A stretch of 45,378 bases of DNA, taken from Thermoanaerobaculia bacterium. GTDB lineage: Bacteria; Acidobacteriota; Thermoanaerobaculia; Gp7-AA8. Positions 14,769 through 23,648 of the stretch are shown piece after piece. The position numbers were made by a program, and so were the translations under genes. How positions within the stretch are numbered: the first letter of the stretch is position 1; each line of letters opens with the position of its first letter. The notes under the pieces are model-generated. The model searched no databases. It had not been told where the DNA came from and saw only the letters and a list, made by a program, of their open reading frames with translations. The DNA lies in the NCBI GenBank assembly GCA_036388835.1, contig DASVRB010000365.1, positions 1 through 45,378 of the forward strand, written 5' to 3'.

Positions 14769-16937
14769 ATGAAAAAAGCCTTCCTCCTTACCCTCCTCTC
14801 ACTGGTCATCACGTCGCTGGCCTTCGCTGACGACGACGGCCATCAATCCTATCTTTCGTACGACGACGGCGGCACGATCGTAAAGTCGGGCGACGACGGT
14901 CGCGAGATCGAAGCGCACCGCAATCTTCCGATCTACTCGGGCGACGAGATCGTCACCGCGCGACGCGGCCGTTCGGAAGTGCGTCTCTCCGACGGAAACG
15001 TGATCGGCATCGATCGCACGACCGCGCTGCGCTTCCGCTCGATCCTTGGCTCGTACGAGGGTGACGACCGCGACACGGTCGCCGAGCTGCGCTACGGCAA
15101 GGTGGCGGTGCATCGCACGGACCTCGGCCGCGAGAACGTGCGGCTCGACACCGAGAACGCGAGCTACATCGCCGAGCGCGAGGCGGTCTATTCAGTCGAG
15201 ACCGATGCGCATGGACGCGATCGCGTGACGGTTTTCGCCGGCTCGATCGAAGTGCGCACGCCGTCTCGCACGACGCGCCTCCGTTCCAGCGAATCGGCCA
15301 CGATCGACGATCGCGGCGTGTACGACCTCGCCGGCGATCAGCGCGATTCGGCCGACGATTTCGAGCGCTGGTTCCTCCGCCGCGCCGATCGCCTCGACAA
15401 ATATGAAAACCGCTACGTCGACCGCCGCCTCGGTTACTGGACCGATGACCTCGACGATTACGGCCGCTGGGTGCACGTGGCCGGTATCGGCTGGTCGTGG
15501 CGCCCGTACGTTTCGGCCGGCTGGCGTCCGTATCACAACGGCTACTGGCACCACGGCCGCGGCGGCGCGCTGGTCTGGGTCTCCTACGACCCGTGGGGCT
15601 GGGGCACGCATCACTACGGACGCTGGGCCTTCGATCCCGGCTACGGCGGCTGGTTCTGGGTGCCGGGCTACGGCTACTCACCGGCGTGGGTCTACTGGAC
15701 GTATGGCTCCGGTTATGTCGGCTGGGCTCCGGCCGGTTGGTGGGATTGCTATCGCCCTTACTACAACTGGGCCTATCACCCGTACCGCAATTACGGCGCG
15801 CGCAGCCACGGCTTCGGCTTCTACGGACGCGTGCGTGTGAATGATCTCGACCTGCGTCCCTGGACGTTCGTCGATTCGGGCACGCTCGTCTCGAATCGCA
15901 TCGATCGCGCGGCACTGACGACCGATGCCGTCAAAGCGCGGCTGATGCGTGCGAAAGACGGCTTCGCTCCGATCTCCGGCGGTGCGGCGCGTTTCACTCG
16001 CGAGGAAATGCGCGACCCGGCGGAGGCCATTCGCCGCCGCGGCATCGAAGGCGGCCTGACCGGCCGTGAGACCGGCGGCCCGACCAACGACCTGACGCCG
16101 TTCGTCCGTCGCGACACGGATCTCGGCAACACGATCCGCGATCGCGTGGTCCGCGCACGTGGCGGGGCACCGTCGACCGTCGCCGGCACGCCTTCGGTTC
16201 CGTCGCGCGGCGCCGGCTCGGCTCCTGCGGTCGGCGGCATCGAAGGCCGTCGCTCGGGCAGCGGCGAAGGCCGCATCGGACGCGGTTCGCGTGCGGATGA
16301 ACCGGCAGCAGCGCCGCGCGTGATCGGCCGCGATCGCGGTACGTCCACCACTCCTCGGTCGTCCGAGCCCGGCACGAGCCGCGGCTGGCGCGATCGGGTC
16401 GTGGAACGCGGCGACCGCGGCGACCGTGGCGACGACCGTCAGGTCGCGCCGCCGGCCAGCGGTACGCCGTCCGCCGACGCTCCGCAGCGCGCGCCGCGCG
16501 AATCGTGGCGCGACCGCTCACGCCGCGGCGGTGACGACGGCCGCGCCTCGGCCGGCTCCGGTTCGTCCGAGGGTTCCAACGACCGTGGCTCGAGCACGGG
16601 GTCCAGCGATGTGCCGCGCCGCATCATCGACCGCATCGGCGGCGCGCGCGTCGTGCCTCGCGAAGGTGGCGGCAGCTCGTCAACGCGTGAGAGCGGCGGC
16701 AGCTCGTCCACCCGTGAGAGCGGCGGAAGCCGCGACCGCGGCAGCAGCAGTCGCGATCGCAGCAGCAGCACCCGCGACAGCGGCGGCAGCAGCAGCGGCG
16801 GAGGAAGCTCGGCGCGTCAAAGCCCGCCGCCTCCTCCTCCGAGCAATACGGGCGGAGCCGGTGGCCGCAGCAGCGGCGGCTCGGGTCGCTCGGAAGGCGG
16901 CCGCTCGGAAGGCGGCCGCGTCAAACGCGATCAGTAA
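14769..16937 (+). CDS. FecR-domain protein with a Trp/Tyr/Gly-rich module and an Arg/Ser/Gly/Asp-rich disordered tail
   Basis: ATG 14769 with AGGAGA upstream; signal peptide MKKAFLLTLLSLVITSLAFA. FecR-like beta segment (IYSGDEIVTARRGRSEVRLSDGNVIGIDRTTALRF). Aromatic block WSWRPY...GGWFWVPGYGYSPAWVYWTYGSGYVGWAPAGWW. Tail with GGSSSTRES repeats. Confidence 0.7.
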   Translation: MKKAFLLTLLSLVITSLAFADDDGHQSYLSYDDGGTIVKSGDDGREIEAHRNLPIYSGDEIVTARRGRSEVRLSDGNVIGIDRTTALRFRSILGSYEGDDRDTVAELRYGKVAVHRTDLGRENVRLDTENASYIAEREAVYSVETDAHGRDRVTVFAGSIEVRTPSRTTRLRSSESATIDDRGVYDLAGDQRDSADDFERWFLRRADRLDKYENRYVDRRLGYWTDDLDDYGRWVHVAGIGWSWRPYVSAGWRPYHNGYWHHGRGGALVWVSYDPWGWGTHHYGRWAFDPGYGGWFWVPGYGYSPAWVYWTYGSGYVGWAPAGWWDCYRPYYNWAYHPYRNYGARSHGFGFYGRVRVNDLDLRPWTFVDSGTLVSNRIDRAALTTDAVKARLMRAKDGFAPISGGAARFTREEMRDPAEAIRRRGIEGGLTGRETGGPTNDLTPFVRRDTDLGNTIRDRVVRARGGAPSTVAGTPSVPSRGAGSAPAVGGIEGRRSGSGEGRIGRGSRADEPAAAPRVIGRDRGTSTTPRSSEPGTSRGWRDRVVERGDRGDRGDDRQVAPPASGTPSADAPQRAPRESWRDRSRRGGDDGRASAGSGSSEGSNDRGSSTGSSDVPRRIIDRIGGARVVPREGGGSSSTRESGGSSSTRESGGSRDRGSSSRDRSSSTRDSGGSSSGGGSSARQSPPPPPPSNTGGAGGRSSGGSGRSEGGRSEGGRVKRDQ

Positions 16938-16954
16938 TCATCGATCCACTCGCG

Positions 16955-16984
16955 AAAAGGGCCTCCTCGGAGGCCCTTTTCATT
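16955..16984 (+). terminator. Intrinsic terminator after the FecR-like gene
   Basis: AAAAGGGCCTC-CTCG-GAGGCCCTTTT followed by CATT: 7 GC-rich bp plus A/T extension, with a T-run. Confidence 0.75.
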
Positions 16985-17004
16985 GACATACAATCCGCCC
17001 CCGA

Positions 17005-17247
17005 ATGTCGGTGCCTCTCTTCTTCGCCCTCTATTGCGTCGAGGCGGGGCTGTTCTTCACGATCGTTCCCTGGACGATGATCTGGACGCTCAACCCGCTG
17101 CTGCACAGCAGCGTCGCGGTCGGCACCATCGCCGACAATCCGTTCCTGCGCGGCTTCGTCTCCGGTCTCGGCCTGTTGCATCTCATCATCGGCATCCGCG
17201 ACCTCACGCGCATCATCCGCGCGCGGCGGGGGAGCTCGATCCCGTGA
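17005..17247 (+). CDS. Small membrane protein (80 aa), unknown function
   Basis: Two or three hydrophobic helices (LFFALYCVEAGLFFTIVPW, GFVSGLGLLHLIIGI). Its TGA overlaps the GTG of the next gene (GTGA). Confidence 0.5.
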   Translation: MSVPLFFALYCVEAGLFFTIVPWTMIWTLNPLLHSSVAVGTIADNPFLRGFVSGLGLLHLIIGIRDLTRIIRARRGSSIP

Positions 17248-18626
17248 AACGGCGCTCGCGCCTTTTCTTCTCGCTCGCCCTCGGCGTGGCGCTGCTCGCG
17301 CTCTACTGGTTCCTCGGCGAGAACCGTCCGTACCTCGGCACGACCGCCGCCGATCAGAAGCGCATTCTCAACATCACGCTGTTCGTCGCGTGCATCCCGC
17401 TGATCGTCTTCGCGGTCCGCCTCGTCGATCTCCTCGCGTTCGACTTCTTCATCTCGCGACGCAAACACGTGCAGGCGCCGCTGCTGTTGCGCGAGCTCGT
17501 GCAGGCGCTGCTCTACATCGTGCTGCTCGCCTGGGCGGTCTGGTCGATCTTCGAATACAAGATCACCGCGCTGCTGGCGACCGGTACGGTCGTCGCCGCG
17601 ATCCTCGGCCTCGCGCTGCAGGAGACGCTCGGCACTCTCTTTTCCGGCATGGCGCTGCATCTCGACGAGACCTTTTCGCCGGGTGACGTGATCCGCGCCG
17701 GCGACATCCTCGGCGTGGTCGAGGTGGTGCGCTGGCGCGGCACGCGTCTGCGCACGTTCAACAACAACGTGATGATCGTGCCGAACTCGGTGCTCGCCCG
17801 CGCGAGTGTCGAAGTCTTCCCGCGCAACAACCTGAATGCGCGCGTGCTGCAGATCGGCATCGACTATCACGTGCCTCCGGCCACGGTCATCAACGTGCTG
17901 GTGCAGGCGGCCTCGAACGTCGAAGGCGTGTCGCACGACATTCCGGCTTTTGCGCGCGTCGGCAACTTCGGCGACTCGGCCGTGATCTACGAAATCAAGT
18001 ACCACATGCACGATTACTCGCAGCGCGACCGCATCGACGCCGACATTCGCAAGGCGGTCTGGTACGCGCTGCGACGCAACGCGATCACGATTCCGTTCCC
18101 GATCCGCACGTTCCACCGCTACACGCCGCCGGAGTCGCACCATCAACCGAACGCGGGTGAGATCCTGCATCGCCTCGCGCGCGTCGACGTCCTCTCGCCG
18201 CTTTCCGCCGAAGCGCTCGATGCCATTTCACATGCCGCGCAGGTGCACGTCTTCTCGCGCGGCGAGACGATCATCAGCTTCGGTGCGGCCGGCAATTCGA
18301 TGTTCATCGTGCATGAAGGAGCGGTGTCGGTCCGCGTCGATGATGCCGAGGTTGCGCGGTTGCAGCCGGGAGACTTCTTTGGGGAAATGGCGCTGCTGAC
18401 CGGCGAGCGCCGCACCGCCGACATCATCGCCCTCAGCGACGTCGTCGCGGTCGAGATCACGAAAGAGGCGATCGAGCCGGTGCTGCGCGATCACCCCGAT
18501 CTCGCCGCCGCGATCTCGACCAAAGTCGCGCAGCGCCGCGGTTCGCTCGACTCGCTGCGCGCCGGCGCGCCGGCGGAAGAATCGGGGAGCATCCTGTCGA
18601 GAATCCGGGCGTACTTCCGCTTATGA
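17244..18626 (+). CDS. MscS-family mechanosensitive channel fused to a cyclic-nucleotide-binding domain
   Basis: TM helices, then the MscS beta-domain (FSPGDVIRAGDILGVVEVVRWRGTRLRTFNNNVMIVPNS). C-terminal cNMP-binding fold (FSRGETIISFGAAGNSMFIVHEGAVSV...GDFFGEMALLTGERRTADIIA). Start set to in-frame GTG 17244; the upstream Arg/Pro-rich extension looks non-coding. Confidence 0.85.
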   Translation: MKRRSRLFFSLALGVALLALYWFLGENRPYLGTTAADQKRILNITLFVACIPLIVFAVRLVDLLAFDFFISRRKHVQAPLLLRELVQALLYIVLLAWAVWSIFEYKITALLATGTVVAAILGLALQETLGTLFSGMALHLDETFSPGDVIRAGDILGVVEVVRWRGTRLRTFNNNVMIVPNSVLARASVEVFPRNNLNARVLQIGIDYHVPPATVINVLVQAASNVEGVSHDIPAFARVGNFGDSAVIYEIKYHMHDYSQRDRIDADIRKAVWYALRRNAITIPFPIRTFHRYTPPESHHQPNAGEILHRLARVDVLSPLSAEALDAISHAAQVHVFSRGETIISFGAAGNSMFIVHEGAVSVRVDDAEVARLQPGDFFGEMALLTGERRTADIIALSDVVAVEITKEAIEPVLRDHPDLAAAISTKVAQRRGSLDSLRAGAPAEESGSILSRIRAYFRL

Positions 18627-19987
18627 AGCGCCTGCTCATCGTCGAAGACAAAGAGTCGCTCGCGCACATGCTGCGCGAGGCGGTGGAGGCGGACGGCTTC
18701 GAGCCGGACGTTGCCTCGACCGGCTCGCAGGCGATGCGTTGGCTCGCGGAAGGACGGCGATACGTGGCGGTGTTGACCGACCTGCGCTTGCCGGGCGCGG
18801 ACGGCATCGCGGTGCTGCGGCAGGCGAGGGAGAGCGATCCCGATTGTCCGGTGATCGTGATGACGGCGTTCGGCACGATCGAGAACGCGGTCGAGGCGAT
18901 GAAGCTCGGCGCGTACGACTTCATTCAAAAACCGGTGGACGTCGATCACCTCTCTCTGATGCTGCGCCGCTGCCGCGAGCATCGCGAGCTGCGCCACGAG
19001 AACCTGCTGCTGAAGGAAGAGTTCCAGAAGCAGTACCGCCTCCCGGCGATCATCGGTGAGTCGCCGCGGATCGTGGAGGTGTCGCACGCGATCCAGCGCG
19101 TCGCGCCCACCGATTCGACGGTGCTGCTGCAGGGCGAGTCGGGCACCGGCAAGGAGTTGTTTGCGCGCGCGATCCATCAACTCTCGCCACGCCGCGACCG
19201 GCCGTTCGTGGCGCTGAACTGCGCGGCGATTCCGGTGACGCTGATCGAGAACGAGCTGTTCGGACACGAAAAAGGCGCGTTCACCGGCGCCTCGGCGCGG
19301 CAGCTCGGAAAGTTCGAGCTGGCCGACACCGGAACGATTTTTCTCGACGAGATCGGCGAGTTGGAGCTCGCGGTGCAATCGAAGGTGCTGCGCGTCGTGC
19401 AGGAACGGCGCTTCGAACGGATCGGCGGCACCGCCACGGTGGACGTCGATGTGCGCATCATCTGCGCGACGAACCGCGATCTGGAGGAGACGGTGAAACG
19501 CGGCGCGTTCCGCGAGGATCTCTTCTTCCGCATCAACGTTTTCCCGGTCACGATCCCGCCGCTGCGCGCGCGGCGCGAGGATGTGGATGCGCTGATCGAT
19601 CACTTTCTGCAGCGGTTCGCGCGCGAGCTCGGGCGCCCTGAATTGCGCATCACGGACGCGGCTCGCGCGCTGCTGCGCGCGCACGACTGGCCGGGCAATA
19701 TTCGCGAGTTGCAGAACGCGATGGAGCGCGCGGCGATCCTCTGCGACCGCAATACGATCGACGTACGCGATGTGAACGTTGCCGGCTCGTCGAGCGATGC
19801 GCTGCGCGAGGCGCTCGATCTCACCGGCTCGCTCGAAGAGGCAACGGAACGGACGACGCGCATCATCGAGCGGATGAAGATCGCGGACGCGCTCGCGCGC
19901 ACGCAATCACGGAACGCGGCCGCGGAATCGCTCGGCATCTCGCCACGATCGCTCGCGGCGAAGATGAAAGAGCTGGAGATCGAATGA
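18623..19987 (+). CDS. Sigma-54-dependent response regulator (NtrC family)
   Basis: Receiver (LLIVEDKE...VLTDLRLPGADG), AAA+ (GESGTGKELFARAIH, GAFTGA, ERRFERIGG), and C-terminal Fis-type HTH. ATGA overlap with the upstream gene. Confidence 0.93.
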   Translation: MKRLLIVEDKESLAHMLREAVEADGFEPDVASTGSQAMRWLAEGRRYVAVLTDLRLPGADGIAVLRQARESDPDCPVIVMTAFGTIENAVEAMKLGAYDFIQKPVDVDHLSLMLRRCREHRELRHENLLLKEEFQKQYRLPAIIGESPRIVEVSHAIQRVAPTDSTVLLQGESGTGKELFARAIHQLSPRRDRPFVALNCAAIPVTLIENELFGHEKGAFTGASARQLGKFELADTGTIFLDEIGELELAVQSKVLRVVQERRFERIGGTATVDVDVRIICATNRDLEETVKRGAFREDLFFRINVFPVTIPPLRARREDVDALIDHFLQRFARELGRPELRITDAARALLRAHDWPGNIRELQNAMERAAILCDRNTIDVRDVNVAGSSSDALREALDLTGSLEEATERTTRIIERMKIADALARTQSRNAAAESLGISPRSLAAKMKELEIE

Positions 19988-20214
19988 CTGCGATCCCGAC
20001 GTCGAAGGATGTGGTGGCTTACCTCAACGAACGCTTCGCCGCGCGCGGCCTGCCGTACCGCCTCGAGCACATCGCGGTCGTGCCGTACATGAACCCGATG
20101 TGGCTCTCGAACTGGGACGTCCCGCAACTGGCCGACGCGCCGGAGCAGGATGTGATCGAAGAAGAGATCCGCGAAGCGCGCTGGCAGTTTCCTCAGATTT
20201 ACGACGAGTACTGA
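19984..20214 (+). CDS. Small hypothetical protein (76 aa) coupled to the sigma-54 activator gene
   Basis: ATGA overlap with the activator stop; acidic C-terminus; no family recognised. Confidence 0.5.
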   Translation: MTAIPTSKDVVAYLNERFAARGLPYRLEHIAVVPYMNPMWLSNWDVPQLADAPEQDVIEEEIREARWQFPQIYDEY

Positions 20215-20230
20215 GGGCGACGACGAGGGC

Positions 20231-20350
20231 GCCTCCGGCGGGCCGGCACGGCCGGCAGCGTCTGAGTTCGCACGGACGGCGTTCACCGCGACGTGCGCGC
20301 GTTCAGCCTTGGGCAACAAACGCCGCCGGCCGTGCCGGCCCGCCGGAGGC
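20231..20350. repeat. Perfect 26-bp GC-rich inverted repeat with a 68-nt spacer between convergent genes
   Basis: GCCTCCGGCGGGCCGGCACGGCCGGC (20231-20256) and its exact reverse complement (20325-20350). Partial complementarity continues outward. Confidence 0.7.
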
Positions 20351-20371
20351 ACCCGGTCGTTCTCCGTCGCC

Positions 20372-22027
20372 TCACTCCGCCGCAGTGGGCGGCGTAATCC
20401 CGAGCAGGCCGGCGACGAACCGGGCGATCCGCGTCTGCGCGATCTCGCCCACTGGCCCGGGCGTCACACCCGTGCCGTACGCGAACAGCACCGTCTGCAG
20501 CTCGCGATGCGTGTTCAGCGCGCCGTGTTGGCCGTGCGGATCTTTCGCCATGTCATCGCTCGTGAGCGCCACATTCGGTGATGCGTACGCCACCACATCG
20601 CCGCTGTTGCGATGCATCGACGCGTTCTTCTTTTCGATGCGTTCGAAGATGGCGGTGCCGGTCAACATATTGACCAGCATGTCGCTGTCGTCGGTCCCGC
20701 CGAAGCGGTAGAAGTGCGCGTGTGCTCCCGATGTGAATGCGCGCCAGCGCGGTGCGAAGCCGCGCTCCGCGAGCAGGCGATTGAGCAGGATCTCGCGCGT
20801 GACCGGGACCAGCCCGTGATCGCCGGTCACGATCAGCGCGTCGGTCGGTCGCATCGCCTCCGTGATGGCGGCCAGTCCGCGATCGGCCGCCACGTACGCG
20901 GCGCCGATCACCCGCTCAGCGTCGGCGGTGCCGAGGAACGCGTGTGAGGCTTCGTCGATCTGCGGTTGATACGTGAGAAGGAGATCGAACGGCATCCGCG
21001 CGATCGTCAGCGTCTGCACGCGCGTGTAGAACGCGGCGAGCCGTTCCATCTGCTCGACGAAGAGAGAGGTGTCGACCGGCAGCCCTTCTTCCGGCGCTCC
21101 GGGCCAGAAGCCCGCCTCGTCGTCGAGCATGTCGCGATACGACGCCGGCCACGCCTCATTGCGCGCGATCGAGCCCCAGTAGATCTCCACGTTCAGCGAC
21201 GGCGTCGCGCGCGTGACCTTCGACCACGAGCCGTGCAGGCCGCTACTGGTGCGTTGCGCGATCGGGAACCATCCGCGCGCGTCGTGTTCGCGCTCGCCGG
21301 TTTCGACAAAGTAGGTGTCGTAGTTCTCGATGCGATCGTCGGTCGTGTCGTACGCGACGATATCGACGTCGGCGCGCGTGACGCGCGGGACGCTCCATTC
21401 GACGCGCGCACGCATGATCGGACTGTACGAGTGGCGTCGCTGCGGACGTGCGGTCCACGTCGGCGGCACCCATTCGCGCTTGAAGTCGGCGCGTGTGAGC
21501 GCGATGAGGCGCGCCGGTACGAGCCGGTTGCTCCAGGCGAGGCCGAAGTCGGCTGTGCGCCGCGGCGTGCTGTTGTCGATGGTGGGAAACGAAACGCTGC
21601 CGACACGTTTCCCCTGGCGCCGAGCCGCTTCGATCATCGACTCGACTTCCGGATCGAGGTTGATGCCGCGCGCGACTTCCTCCGGCGGCCGGCCGGCGAG
21701 ATGGAAGCGATTGGCGATCACGCCGTGCCGTTGCGGATCGGTGCCGGTGAGGATCGATACGTGCGACGGCACGGTCAGCGTCGGATTGACGTTGATCACG
21801 CGCGCCGACATCCCTTCGCGCGCGAGCCGTTCGAATGCAGCGAGGTTGCGCTGTTGCGCGAGCGCGTCCGCGCCGAGGCCGTCGAAGGAGATCAGCACCA
21901 CGCGCGGCGCGACTGCCGTTGCGGCGAACTGCGGCGATCGCGGCGGTGCGACGCGCGGTGCGGTCGTGTTCGTGACCGCGGGCGCGCAGGAGATGAGAAC
22001 GAGGAGAAGGGGGACGAGAAGGCGCAT
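20372..22027 (-). CDS. Nucleotide pyrophosphatase/phosphodiesterase (alkaline phosphatase superfamily) lipoprotein
   Basis: VVLISFDGLGADAL...NPTLTVPSHVSILTGTDPQRHGVIANRF and later DEASHAFL...VTGDHG...HGQHGA. Start at ATG 22027 (MRLLVPLLLVLISCAP, lipobox). Confidence 0.85.
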   Translation of the reverse strand: MRLLVPLLLVLISCAPAVTNTTAPRVAPPRSPQFAATAVAPRVVLISFDGLGADALAQQRNLAAFERLAREGMSARVINVNPTLTVPSHVSILTGTDPQRHGVIANRFHLAGRPPEEVARGINLDPEVESMIEAARRQGKRVGSVSFPTIDNSTPRRTADFGLAWSNRLVPARLIALTRADFKREWVPPTWTARPQRRHSYSPIMRARVEWSVPRVTRADVDIVAYDTTDDRIENYDTYFVETGEREHDARGWFPIAQRTSSGLHGSWSKVTRATPSLNVEIYWGSIARNEAWPASYRDMLDDEAGFWPGAPEEGLPVDTSLFVEQMERLAAFYTRVQTLTIARMPFDLLLTYQPQIDEASHAFLGTADAERVIGAAYVAADRGLAAITEAMRPTDALIVTGDHGLVPVTREILLNRLLAERGFAPRWRAFTSGAHAHFYRFGGTDDSDMLVNMLTGTAIFERIEKKNASMHRNSGDVVAYASPNVALTSDDMAKDPHGQHGALNTHRELQTVLFAYGTGVTPGPVGEIAQTRIARFVAGLLGITPPTAAE

Positions 22028-22098
22028 GTCAGGGACGTTGCTGGCGACCGTATGAACATGCAGCAAGTACTACCGGCCACCAGCAACAAAACGCGCAA

Positions 22099-23481
22099 CT
22101 ATTTCGCGAGGCTCCTCAGGATCTTGTCGCGGTACTCCTGCGCTTTCCGCATGACCTCGGCCTCATCGACGGTGAGGATCTGGCCACGTCGCATCAGGAT
22201 CTTGCCGTCGACGATCGTGGTGACGACGGAGTTGCCGGACGCGGCATAGACGATCGCCGATTCGACCGAGTAGACCGGTTGTACTTTCGGCTGCTGCAGA
22301 TTGATCAGCACGACGTCGGCGCGTTTGCCGCGCTCGAGCGTGCCGATGCGATCGGCCAGACCGAGGACCTGCGCGCCACCGATTGTGGCGAGGCGGAGCA
22401 CTTCACGCGCGGTGATCGCTTTCGGGTCATTGCGCGTGACCTTCTGCAGCCGCGCGGCGCTGGCCATCTCTTCGAGCATGTCGAGGTTGTTGTTCGAGCC
22501 GGCCGGCCCGTCCGTGCCGAGTCCGACTTCCATGCGCGCGGCGATCATCTCCACGACCGGCGCGACGCCGGAGGCGAGCATCTGATTCGATTCGGGGCAG
22601 TGCACGACGCCGGTCTTTCGCGCGGCGAACGTGCGCAGCTCATCGCTCGTGAGATGCACGCCATGCGCGGCCACGACGTCATCGCCGAGGAAGTTGATCG
22701 AGTCGAGATAAGCACCGGGCGTCATCCCGTTCTGCTTCTCCGCGACCTGGCGCAGCTCGTCGCGCGTTTCGGAGACGTGGATGAGGATCGGCAACCCGAG
22801 CTCGGTCGCGAGCGCGCGCACCTGCTGGAGGTGTTCGCGCGACACGGTGAACGGCGCGTGCGGCGCGAGCGCGGGCGTGATCAGGCGATCGCCCTTCCAC
22901 TGCCGCGCGTAATCGCGCATGTACTGGATGGCCGCGTCCCACGTCTTGTTGTCGGGAGCGGGAAAGTCGATGAGCGTCTGACCGAGCACGCCGCGAAGGC
23001 CGGCCGCCTTCGTCTCGCGCGCGATGTCGGACTCGTAGTAGTACATGTCGGCGAACGTCGTCGTGCCGGTGCGGATCATTTCCGCGGCGGCGAGGCGCGT
23101 GCCCCACTTCACGAATTCGCGATCGACGTTCTTCGCTTCTGCCGGAAACATGTAGTTCGTGAGCCAGTCCATCAGCTCGCGGTCATCGGCGATGCCGCGG
23201 AAGAGCGTCATCGGCGCGTGCGTGTGCGCGTTCACGAAGCCGGGGACGACCGCGTGTCCGGCCGCCTTGATGACCGTTTTCGCGGTGTAGTTGCGATCGA
23301 TCTCCGACGACGCGCCGACCGCAACGATCTCGCCGTTGCGAATGGCCACCGAGCCGCGCTCGATGTTCGGCCCGGCCATGGTCACAACGGTGCCGCCGGT
23401 GATCAGGATGTCGACGCGCTCGGCGGCATACGTGGTCGTGGTGAGGAGGATTGCAGCGAGTGCGAACAAAGTGCGCGGCAT
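22099..23481 (-). CDS. Amidohydrolase (TRZ/ATZ / MtaD-like deaminase family) with signal peptide
   Basis: ILITGGTVVTM...GFVNAHTHAPMTLFRGIADD...HVSET...VAAHGVH...GLGTDG. Start at ATG 23481 (MPRTLFALAAILL). Confidence 0.85.
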   Translation of the reverse strand: MPRTLFALAAILLTTTTYAAERVDILITGGTVVTMAGPNIERGSVAIRNGEIVAVGASSEIDRNYTAKTVIKAAGHAVVPGFVNAHTHAPMTLFRGIADDRELMDWLTNYMFPAEAKNVDREFVKWGTRLAAAEMIRTGTTTFADMYYYESDIARETKAAGLRGVLGQTLIDFPAPDNKTWDAAIQYMRDYARQWKGDRLITPALAPHAPFTVSREHLQQVRALATELGLPILIHVSETRDELRQVAEKQNGMTPGAYLDSINFLGDDVVAAHGVHLTSDELRTFAARKTGVVHCPESNQMLASGVAPVVEMIAARMEVGLGTDGPAGSNNNLDMLEEMASAARLQKVTRNDPKAITAREVLRLATIGGAQVLGLADRIGTLERGKRADVVLINLQQPKVQPVYSVESAIVYAASGNSVVTTIVDGKILMRRGQILTVDEAEVMRKAQEYRDKILRSLAK

Positions 23482-23557
23482 GGGCGGGAACTTAGCACAC
23501 CCACAGCAGCATCGCTGGCGTGAGGGGAGCGGCGGGGGAGCGGCTCGCATCTTCCGG

Positions 23558-23648
23558 TGTCATTCCGCGCTTCAGCGCGGAATCCCCTTCCGGAGAGCAA
23601 CGGTACGTCGCTTCGGCAGGGGATCCCGCGCTGAAGCGCGGAATGACA
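23558..23648. repeat. Inverted pair of REP-like palindromic units
   Basis: TGTCATTCCGCGCTTCAGCGCGGAATCCCC (23558-23587) and GGGGATCCCGCGCTGAAGCGCGGAATGACA (23619-23648). Each unit is itself a hairpin (ATTCCGCGC-TTCA-GCGCGGAAT). Confidence 0.65.

Noticed and set aside
16983-16994. TTGACA directly abutting TACAAT upstream of the small membrane protein gene (possible near-leaderless promoter)
   Set aside because: The two hexamers are adjacent rather than 17 nt apart, so they cannot both serve one promoter. TACAAT alone, 10 nt before the ATG, is too weak as evidence.
16983-17243. N-terminal 87-aa extension of the MscS ORF in the track
   Set aside because: The extension is Arg/Pro/His-rich. It also overlaps, in another frame, a plausible small membrane protein gene (17005-17247) whose stop overlaps an in-frame GTG.
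18491-19906. 471-aa minus-strand ORF opposite the sigma-54 activator
   Set aside because: The sense strand encodes complete receiver, AAA+ and HTH domains. The antisense ORF has artefact composition.
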